From the IMG/VR virus record IMGVR_UViG_3300042566_000161, positions 1 through 42,331 of that record: a DNA stretch of 42,331 bases; one strand, 5' to 3'. Shown in pieces: positions 1-6,395 of this stretch. The notes beneath the pieces were generated by a model. That model did no database searches. It worked only from the letters and a program-made list of their open reading frames with translations, and was not told the DNA's origin. Position 1 is the first letter of the stretch, and every line of letters starts with the position of its first letter. This DNA comes from a virus. Lineage: Duplodnaviria > Caudoviricetes. The position numbers and the translations under genes are program-made.

Positions 1-204
1 GGGAGGTCCGGGCCGTGCTCCAATGGCCACACGGTAGGCGCTGAGCCTGCCGGAGCGGGCCTACACGGGCCGTCCGCGAGCCGCATGGGTGCTACCATGG
101 GCGGAGACGGTGCAAGGCGTAGGCGCGGGCGTGGGCGGCATCTGTATCGTTTGCGCCCGCTGAACTGGTGTGCTGGTGTACTAACACACCTCGATTGAAT
201 TGGT
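1..204. repeat. Left direct terminal repeat (204 bp)
   Basis: 1-204 matches 42128-42331 except G128 vs A42255; typical T7-like DTR. Confidence 0.97.
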
Positions 205-218
205 ACCATAACAGATAC
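193..218 (+). promoter_or_regulatory. Putative phage RNAP promoter (GATTGAATTGGTACCATAnCAGATAC)
   Basis: 25/26 identical to 18943-18968, which lies directly after the RNAP gene where phiKMV-like late promoters sit. Confidence 0.7.
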
Positions 219-219
219 A

Positions 220-232
220 ACCGTTCGTCGGG
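220..232 (+). promoter_or_regulatory. ACCGTTCGTCGGG box (contains AlgR/LytTR-type core ACCGTTCGTC)
   Basis: Identical 13-mer at 42104-42116; both copies are upstream of sigma70 -35 hexamers. Confidence 0.5.
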
Positions 233-259
233 AAAACCATATCGGTCTTTAGCCCAGTG

Positions 260-288
260 TTGACAACGGTCCTCGAATGTGGTTCAAT
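260..288 (+). promoter_or_regulatory. Host sigma70 early promoter P1
   Basis: TTGACA-17 nt-TTCAAT with TGTG upstream of the -10. Confidence 0.7.
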
Positions 289-346
289 GCACACCAAGCC
301 TGATATCTTCGATATGAGTCCCGGCCCAAGCAACAAAGCCGGACAC

Positions 347-375
347 TTGACAAGGGACAGGCAATGCGGTAGACT
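347..375 (+). promoter_or_regulatory. Host sigma70 early promoter P2
   Basis: TTGACA-17 nt-TAGACT. Confidence 0.8.
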
Positions 376-493
376 AGTCGGGAACTAGTGACAAGTCATG
401 AGCAAGTCGGAGGGAAGCCTACGGGCCGACGACAAGGGCATCCGACCTTGACTATCTGAGCCGATGCGATGAGCTAGGCAAAGACGCTAGGGA

Positions 494-522
494 TTGACAA
501 GCGAGCCGCGATGCGGTAAGAT
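494..522 (+). promoter_or_regulatory. Host sigma70 early promoter P3
   Basis: TTGACA-17 nt-TAAGAT; shares the ATGCGG spacer end with P2. Confidence 0.85.
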
Positions 523-620
523 GTCAACACAGTAAGCAATCGCTGTCACCATATCCATCTATCGGAAACAAGGTGCGCAAGCGATCCGAGGCGATAGCTT
601 ACAAGGTGGCAAGCAAGGGC

Positions 621-650
621 TTGACACTGCGGCAGGGAATAGGGTACGAT
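621..650 (+). promoter_or_regulatory. Host sigma70 early promoter P4
   Basis: TTGACA-18 nt-TACGAT followed by agctACAC, resembling the start region of the other promoters. Confidence 0.75.
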
Positions 651-654
651 AGCT

Positions 655-1233
655 ACACAATGACTTTCGCCTAGCGGCCAAACGCTTCCACGCTAGGCCA
701 CTAAGGGTAACTATAGGCTACACAACGTCGTGACGACCGGACGCTAAACGGTGCGGAGCTAATAACTCTGATGGTACTACCGTCATCGGGTAGGGTGACA
801 CCGGGCTAGACTAACGCTAAGGCGCTGCTAAGGCGATGGGCTATCGGTGAAGCTGACACGACACACACGCGGAATCCCGAATGAACCCGGCTTCACTAAC
901 CGGCAGTAGCTCTAGGCTTTCGAGTCTTTACCGCGTAGCTTGGGAATAGATTACCAAGCCCGTCCATATCTGGCGACACCTGAGCGTATAGCTACGGCGA
1001 TACGTGCGCAGGAACATAACGCCCACCATGGACGCGAAGTTAGCGCAACGCAATGGCGGATTTACAACCCGTCGCGGAAGCTAACAAGTCGGGCACCGTG
1101 CAAGGGAGCAACGCTCCACACGGTAAACTACGGCATACCAATGGTCCGATTGAATTAAGGAATTGGTATAGCCGGGCGGATACATGGACACGAAGCCCGG
1201 CGGATAGATGCTCAACGGCATCTGTTCTTTTTT
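655..1233 (+). ncRNA. Candidate large (~580 nt) structured non-coding RNA
   Basis: Lies between promoter P4 and an intrinsic terminator; no ORF with RBS or phage codon bias; many hand-checked helices with UUCG and UACG tetraloops. Confidence 0.5.
1204..1233 (+). terminator. Intrinsic terminator (also contains T7 class II-like CATCTGTT)
   Basis: ATAGATGC-tcaacg-GCATCTGT stem followed by TCTTTTTT. Confidence 0.8.
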
Positions 1234-1236
1234 CGT

Positions 1237-1422
1237 TTGGGTTGACGGTTATGCACGGCGAGCGGCTGATTGTGGGCGGGCATTGATCCGCAGCATGATT
1301 CCGGTCTCGCACAAAAGGCGAAGCATGACGGGTAAGAGTGCGTACATCGGAGTCGAATCCGGTCTGGCGCACAGACACCTGAGTGCAGCATGTAGACTCG
1401 CCGTGCATAACCGTGAACCCAA
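1237..1422 (+). ncRNA. Structured element closed by a 26-bp inverted repeat (RNase III-type stem or small RNA)
   Basis: 1237-1262 pairs with 1397-1422 (25/26, one G.G); 134-nt multibranch interior. Confidence 0.55.
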
Positions 1423-1443
1423 CCCGGCTAATAGGAGCCGATC

Positions 1444-1639
1444 ATGTCACGTACCATCCGCAAGTTCATGCAGTTCAGTCGCACTGCGTCCACGCTCGAC
1501 ATGCGTCCCGATTACGAGACGCGCCGTCGGCCGTGCCGAACGCTACGCCAAGCGCAACCGCACGGAAGTCAAGGGCAAGGCGCGTTATGCGCTGGACTAC
1601 GAACTCCCGCAGCCGCTTTGCCACGGACTGGGGGGCTGA
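1444..1639 (+). pseudogene. First early gene, apparently frameshifted near 1520 (2-nt loss in a CG repeat)
   Basis: RBS AGGAG before ATG1444; phage-like codon usage switches to the +1 frame after GAGACGC and ends at TGA1639. Confidence 0.55.
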
Positions 1640-1641
1640 CC

Positions 1642-1836
1642 ATGAATCCGACCTACAGAATGTGGATCACGGATGCGAGCGGTCGGAGGATCAGTGCGAG
1701 CGGAGTGCGCGTGACGCATGAAGAAATGCTGGACCTGCTCCCGCTGGAGAAGGATCGGCAACGGGCATACGCACTGGTCCCGAACGGGGCGCATATGGTG
1801 GACAGCGACGGCGACCACTGGCGAAGGATCAACTGA
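1642..1836 (+). CDS. Hypothetical early protein (64 aa, MNPTYRMW...)
   Basis: ATG two bases after the upstream stop; G-rich RBS; plausible codon usage. Confidence 0.7.
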   Translation: MNPTYRMWITDASGRRISASGVRVTHEEMLDLLPLEKDRQRAYALVPNGAHMVDSDGDHWRRIN

Positions 1837-1847
1837 GGACGTATGAC

Positions 1848-1873
1848 CTAGCACCTTGGCGACAGGGTGCTAG
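1848..1873 (+). other. Intergenic hairpin, putative RNase III or mRNA-stability site
   Basis: CTAGCACCTT/AGGGTGCTAG 10-bp stem, no U-tract; T7 early mRNAs are processed at such stems. Confidence 0.5.
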
Positions 1874-1911
1874 TGCGTGCGACTGGCACGGTTCCAACTG
1901 AGAGACTGACC

Positions 1912-2430
1912 ATGTTCGACAACATCGAAACCGACAAGACCAAGATCAAGGCCACGATCAAGCGCATCGGCGTGGCCCGTGCGAAGCTGATCGAGGACAT
2001 CCAGCAGGCGGCGCTCGCCGTGTGCCTGCACGCCCATCAGCACGGCGACGTGACGCTCATCAACCTGCTCTACAGCACCGTGTCCGGCGGCATGAAGCAG
2101 ACCGCGCTCGGCCTGTGGATGCTGGACTTCGCTCCCGTGTCGCTCGCCGAAGGCGACGATGCCAAGGTGGCGCGCTTCAAGTACAGCAAGGGCCGCTCGC
2201 TGCGGGACAACGTGGCCGAACTCCAGCTCAACATGGCGACTGCTGCGGGCAAGCCGTGGCACGACTACAAGACCGAGAAGGATGAAGCCGCGTTCTTCAA
2301 CGTCGAGGCCGCGCTCGCCTCGCTGTTCAAGAAGATGGAGAAGCTGCCGCCGCGCAAGGAAGACGAGGCGCTGGTCGCCAAGCTCAAGGCGGTGCGTGAT
2401 TCCATGGCCGAGGAAGACGCCGAGGCATAA
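1912..2430 (+). CDS. Hypothetical early protein (172 aa)
   Basis: RBS GAGA/GAG before ATG1912; strong codon bias; [10 protein letters not shown] motif resembling early proteins of phiKMV-like phages (recalled). Confidence 0.85.
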   Translation: MFDNIETDKTKIKATIKRIGVARAKLIEDIQQAALAVCLHAHQHGDVTLINLLYSTVSGGMKQTALGLWMLDFAPVSLAEGDDAKVARFKYSKGRSLRDNVAELQLNMATAAGKPWHDYKTEKDEAAFFNVEAALASLFKKMEKLPPRKEDEALVAKLKAVRDSMAEEDAEA

Positions 2431-2479
2431 CCCGCCCTCTGATACACTCACGCAAGTCAACCACGGAGACTACATCACT

Positions 2480-3193
2480 ATGAACACGATCCAGATCAAG
2501 TACCGTTATTCGGGTGCCATCCTGTACTCGGGCGTCCATGCGACCATCGCCGCCGCGCTCACCGCCGCAGTGGCGGGCGGCGCGGACCTGTCCGGCGCGG
2601 ACCTGCGCCGCGCGAACCTGTCCGGCGCGGACCTGCGCCGCGCGTACCTGACCGGCGCGGACCTGTCCGGCGCGAACCTGTCCGGCGCGGACCTGCGCCG
2701 CGCGGACCTGTCCGGCGCGAACCTGCGCCGCGCGGACCTGCGCCGCGCGAACCTGTCCGGCGCGGACCTGCGCCGCGCGGACCTGTCCGGCGCGCTCAAC
2801 CTGACCGAATCGGAAGGCTGGGACTCGGTGTACGCCGAGAGTCGCATCCTGCCCGACGAGGGCGACATCATCGGGTTCAAGAAGGTATGGGCGAAGGACC
2901 ACGAAGGCGACAAGTGCGTGCCCGCCATCGCCAAGCTCCGCATCCCGGGCACTGCCAAGCGCAGCCATGCCTTTGGCCGCAAGTGCCGGGCAGCCGAGGC
3001 AGAGGTGCTGGAACTCGTGACGCTGGACGGGTGGTCCGCCGAAGTCGCGTACTCCTCGCACGACGACAGCTTCGAGTACAAGGTGGGCGAGACCGTGCGC
3101 CCGCAGTACGAGTTCGACACGGAGTGGATGGACGAGTGCCGTTCGGGCATCCACTTCTTCATCACCCGCAAGGAAGCCGAGAACTACTACTAA
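2480..3193 (+). CDS. Pentapeptide-repeat protein with C-terminal DUF5758-like domain (237 aa)
   Basis: RBS GGAG; 14 A(D/N)Lxx repeats; C-terminal KCRA...ECRSGIHFF motifs. Confidence 0.9.
   Translation: MNTIQIKYRYSGAILYSGVHATIAAALTAAVAGGADLSGADLRRANLSGADLRRAYLTGADLSGANLSGADLRRADLSGANLRRADLRRANLSGADLRRADLSGALNLTESEGWDSVYAESRILPDEGDIIGFKKVWAKDHEGDKCVPAIAKLRIPGTAKRSHAFGRKCRAAEAEVLELVTLDGWSAEVAYSSHDDSFEYKVGETVRPQYEFDTEWMDECRSGIHFFITRKEAENYY
2582..2791 (+). repeat. 14 x 15-bp coding tandem repeat
   Basis: Units GCG(G/A/T)ACCTG followed by TCCGGC, CGCCGC or (once) ACCGGC, counted directly. Confidence 0.95.
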
Positions 3194-3207
3194 TCGGCTT
3201 CGCATGC

Positions 3208-3239
3208 TACTGCACCTTCGCTTCGGTGAGGGTGCAGTG
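3208..3239 (+). other. Intergenic 14-bp hairpin with cUUCGg loop (putative RNase III site)
   Basis: TACTGCACCTTCGC-TTCG-GTGAGGGTGCAGTG. Confidence 0.6.
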
Positions 3240-3270
3240 TCGTGCGTGCCGCACGTTACAGGAGACATCC

Positions 3271-3486
3271 ATGCCCAACTACAACTCGCCCGCCGCCGCC
3301 CACAAGCCGTCGCATGGCGGTCGTCCCGGCACCGTCCCGGGCCTGCCGCCGCACCTCGCCGATCCGGCAGGGAACCTGCGCGCCATCGAAGCCACGACAC
3401 CGAAGACCTCGTGTCCCTGCGGGCAGGTGCCCGTCTGCCACGGTCTCGAACACTGCGGCATCGACAGCGTCCGGATGCGGGACTAG
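3271..3486 (+). CDS. Hypothetical protein (71 aa) with Cys/His-rich C-terminus
   Basis: RBS CAGGAG before ATG3271; CPC...CH...HC cluster. Confidence 0.75.
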   Translation: MPNYNSPAAAHKPSHGGRPGTVPGLPPHLADPAGNLRAIEATTPKTSCPCGQVPVCHGLEHCGIDSVRMRD

Positions 3487-3489
3487 GCC

Positions 3490-3723
3490 ATGCGGATCGT
3501 CGAGCTGCGCTACGAAGTGCAGATGATGTACCCGATGCGCCGCCCGCTCAAGCCGGAAGCATTCGGCCGAGCTGTCATGGCTGCGCCTGCCTTCGGGTCC
3601 GATGAGTTCGGACTGTTCGACGACAGAGACAAAGCCGAAGCATTCGCCGAGTACCTCGGCACCCATCGCACCATCATCAACGAGGTGGAAGTCCCGCCTC
3701 ACACCAACGGAGAACCCGCATGA
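3490..3723 (+). CDS. Hypothetical protein (77 aa)
   Basis: Tight packing, ATGA overlap with next gene, codon bias. Confidence 0.8.
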   Translation: MRIVELRYEVQMMYPMRRPLKPEAFGRAVMAAPAFGSDEFGLFDDRDKAEAFAEYLGTHRTIINEVEVPPHTNGEPA

Positions 3724-4247
3724 CCCGCAAGTTCTACATCATCACCACCCTCATCTGGGGTACCCACACCGCCGTCTCTTCCAAGGTCCGCACCTCTCCG
3801 AGCGCCGACTCCGGTGCCACGAGTTCGCAGATCGACGACATCCGCAACAGCGGTGTGCAGGTCCTCGCCCACACCACGCCCGGCATCTGGCTGCGCCGCG
3901 CTTCTGCCCGCACCGCCGCCGCTTACCTGACCAACGCCACGGGCATCGCCCCGGGCAACGCCTACAGCGTCAAGGAAGTCGGCGAGTTCAAGCGCACGGT
4001 GCGTCCGATCAAGGGCTACAAGTTCGAGCGCCCGAACCAGTCCGCCGCGTCGGGATACTCCGACTGGTGGCCGGAGAACTGGCGCGGCGATGCGTCGAAG
4101 GCCGCTTACACGGCGATGGTCGGCGACCTGATCCCGACCCGTGCCCTCGCACGGGCTGCACTCCCCGAGCAGCAGGCGGGCCACGTCGAGTATTACGGCA
4201 CCGATGCAGGCAAGCTGCGCATCGTCACCGTCTACGCCGATGCGTGA
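3720..4247 (+). CDS. Hypothetical protein (175 aa)
   Basis: RBS GGAG, ATGA overlap, codon bias. Confidence 0.85.
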   Translation: MTRKFYIITTLIWGTHTAVSSKVRTSPSADSGATSSQIDDIRNSGVQVLAHTTPGIWLRRASARTAAAYLTNATGIAPGNAYSVKEVGEFKRTVRPIKGYKFERPNQSAASGYSDWWPENWRGDASKAAYTAMVGDLIPTRALARAALPEQQAGHVEYYGTDAGKLRIVTVYADA

Positions 4248-4557
4248 TCTCCTGCTCAAGTGGTGGCTCTGGTTCTTCGGACCGAGCTACTACTGGGTGA
4301 GGATTCAGGACGGGTGGGCGGGTAGCCTCAGCTATACCGCCCTCTCCCGCTGCGACCAGTTCGGCGGAGACCCGGAGACTGGTGTGTTCACCAGCTACGA
4401 CGCCGCCTTCCGGTACTGGAAGAGCAGACAGCATGAGCCGGGGCAACCCGGCCTCGTGTTCCTGATCGAGCGCCTGTATTACGAGAACGCCGAGCATCGC
4501 CGCGCGGTGCTGGACTACTACCACATGAACCCGGAGGTACCCAAGTCATGGGCCTGA
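4240..4557 (+). CDS. Hypothetical protein (105 aa) with Trp-rich N-terminus
   Basis: ATG overlapping the upstream gene end; MRDLLLKWWLWFF; codon bias. Confidence 0.75.
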   Translation: MRDLLLKWWLWFFGPSYYWVRIQDGWAGSLSYTALSRCDQFGGDPETGVFTSYDAAFRYWKSRQHEPGQPGLVFLIERLYYENAEHRRAVLDYYHMNPEVPKSWA

Positions 4558-4985
4558 TCGACAGCATGAAGAGTGCCATCAAGGGCACGGCGAAGTGGCT
4601 GCGCAACAAGGCGTCGCCGCCCGCAACCGAACCCACCGCACAGGTGGACCTGACCACGGACACCAAGCCGCGCAACACCACTGCCACCCGGCGCGCGCAG
4701 CGTGCGGCCGACGTGCGCTATGCCCACGTCTCGGTTCCGATGATCCGCAACCCGGCGCACGCCCTGATCTCCGCCGAGCTGGGCGAGGGCGCTGCACGCA
4801 GCATGGGTCTGACCCCCTTCGTCCGTGACGTGGCGCAGATGCCGTTCGGCAAGGGCATCACGCTGAACAAGGGCATCAAAGCGGCCAAGCGTCGGATGCG
4901 TCAGCTCGGCAAGGACTGCGGGATGAATCGGAAAGCCTACGATCAGTGGGCCTACGACGAAGCGAAGCAGTTGAAGTCGTGCTGA
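4548..4985 (+). CDS. Hypothetical basic protein (145 aa)
   Basis: RBS GGAGG; codon bias. Confidence 0.85.
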   Translation: MGLIDSMKSAIKGTAKWLRNKASPPATEPTAQVDLTTDTKPRNTTATRRAQRAADVRYAHVSVPMIRNPAHALISAELGEGAARSMGLTPFVRDVAQMPFGKGITLNKGIKAAKRRMRQLGKDCGMNRKAYDQWAYDEAKQLKSC

Positions 4986-5368
4986 TCCTCAGCCACTGCT
5001 ACAACGTGTACATCCCGAGCGCGCTGCTTGCCCCGGTGAACCCGGAGATCGCACCGCAGGCGCACCAGCTCCAGCTCCTCATCGACCAGCTCACCACGCA
5101 CAACGGTGGCATGACCGCACATCAAGCGACGGGCATCTGGTTCGACGACACGGGCAAGCCGCACCACGAGAACATCACCATCGTCTCGTGGTGGTTCAAC
5201 CACTGGGCCGCCGAGAACGGGGGCGACACGTTCCACAAGCACGTCGATGGCATCGTCGAAGCGATGTTTGCCTGCGGCGAGAAGTGCGTGGCGGTCGAGT
5301 ACCGCAGCCCGCACGCCCCGTCTCGCATGGAAATGCGGGTACCCGAAAAGGAGACGCAGCCTTCCTGA
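4979..5368 (+). CDS. Putative SAM lyase-like / DUF3574-like PII-fold protein
   Basis: GGxT...GxW.D..G....E..(I/V) and E.CV.V pattern resembles phage SAM lyases; GTG start overlapping the upstream stop (start uncertain). Confidence 0.5.
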   Translation: MLILSHCYNVYIPSALLAPVNPEIAPQAHQLQLLIDQLTTHNGGMTAHQATGIWFDDTGKPHHENITIVSWWFNHWAAENGGDTFHKHVDGIVEAMFACGEKCVAVEYRSPHAPSRMEMRVPEKETQPS

Positions 5369-5473
5369 CCTAACACCCACACGTAGACACAGAGAAGACC
5401 ACGGCCTATAGGTTTCGCCTGCTACCTACCGCACGACGGAGAAAGCAGGCATCATCAACGGAGAAGACAACGC

Positions 5474-5908
5474 ATGACCATCGAAAACACCGCCAACCCG
5501 ACCGACACCGCCGAGACCGCCGAAGGCAAGCGTGGCCCCCGCAAGGTCCGCCTGCGTGACGAAGTGCTCGCCGACCTGCGCGAAGACGCCGCCAAGATCG
5601 CCGAGAAGATCGCCAAGATCGAAGCCGAGATCGCCGCCGAAGAGCAGCTCGCCACGCTGGTGCCGGGCGACGTGATCTCGTTCGTCACCGGCCGCGCCGA
5701 GAACCGCCGCGTCGAGAGCGGCACCGTCCTCGCCTCCGGTACCACCGACAAGGGCCAGTTCCAGATCAACGTCATGGTGGGCGAGGGCCTGACCTCGACG
5801 ACCAAGCTGGTCGGCGGCAGCGCCGTCGTCCCGCCGGGCATGACGGGCGACGAGTTCCTCGCCACGTTCCCCAAGGTCGAGCCGAAGGCGGAAACCTCCG
5901 CCGAGTAA
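5474..5908 (+). CDS. Hypothetical protein (144 aa; coiled coil plus SH3-like beta domain), likely highly expressed
   Basis: RBS GGAG; very strong codon bias; flanked by hairpins. Confidence 0.9.
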   Translation: MTIENTANPTDTAETAEGKRGPRKVRLRDEVLADLREDAAKIAEKIAKIEAEIAAEEQLATLVPGDVISFVTGRAENRRVESGTVLASGTTDKGQFQINVMVGEGLTSTTKLVGGSAVVPPGMTGDEFLATFPKVEPKAETSAE

Positions 5909-5923
5909 GGCGTACACCTGAGC

Positions 5924-5943
5924 GCCCGGGCTTCGGCCCGGGC
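5924..5943 (+). other. GC hairpin with cUUCGg loop (processing site or weak terminator)
   Basis: GCCCGGGC-TTCG-GCCCGGGC; pyrimidine tail without a U-run. Confidence 0.55.
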
Positions 5944-5970
5944 CTCTCCCTCTGATACAAGGAGACAACC

Positions 5971-6180
5971 ATGAACCTGATCCAAGGTGCCAACCTCAAG
6001 TGCGGCTCTCGCGTGTCGCTCATCTCCGGCCTCGCAGGCATCGCCACACCCGTCCAGCGCACCGAGCAGTACATCGTCACCGACCAGACCGACAAGAAGG
6101 GCAACATCCTCGTCGTGAACCTGCGCACGGGCACGACCTCGCCCGCCTCGCCGCTCTCCGTGTGGGAGGTGGTGGCATGA
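5971..6180 (+). CDS. Hypothetical protein (69 aa)
   Basis: RBS AAGGAG; ATGA overlap downstream. Confidence 0.85.
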   Translation: MNLIQGANLKCGSRVSLISGLAGIATPVQRTEQYIVTDQTDKKGNILVVNLRTGTTSPASPLSVWEVVA

Positions 6181-6395
6181 AGTTCCTCGTCCTCGAAGTG
6201 TGCCTCACCGTCCTCTTCTTCCTGATCGCCCGCTTCACCGGGGCGGTGGCGAAGCAGCTCCACTCGGAATACGAGTTCGACGCCGCACGCATGGCAGCCC
6301 GCTTCGCAGGCTTCTGCTCGTCTGCCTTCCTGCTCGGCTTCGCGTTGTCAGCTTGTCACGGGCTGATCCTTCTGTCTCGCTGGGTGTTCGCATGA
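6177..6395 (+). CDS. Small membrane protein (72 aa, 2 TM)
   Basis: RBS GGAGG; two hydrophobic stretches. Confidence 0.75.
   Translation: MKFLVLEVCLTVLFFLIARFTGAVAKQLHSEYEFDAARMAARFAGFCSSAFLLGFALSACHGLILLSRWVFA

Noticed and set aside
448-476. Additional sigma70 promoter at TTGACT
   Set aside because: No acceptable -10 at 16-18 nt; probably degenerate
806-1093. Group I intron-like P7 pairing (CUAGACUA / AAGUCGG)
   Set aside because: No identifiable P3 or P4-P6 core and no interrupted gene
1335-1372. tRNA gene suggested by GGAGTCGAATCC
   Set aside because: Not a canonical T-loop; no acceptor, D or anticodon arms in proper order
940-1408. ORFs 940-1158, 1053-1286 and 1040-1408 in the left end
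   Set aside because: No SD, atypical codons, and they cross terminator or hairpin structures
2582-2791. CRISPR-like array
   Set aside because: Contiguous 15-bp coding repeats without unique spacers; no cas genes
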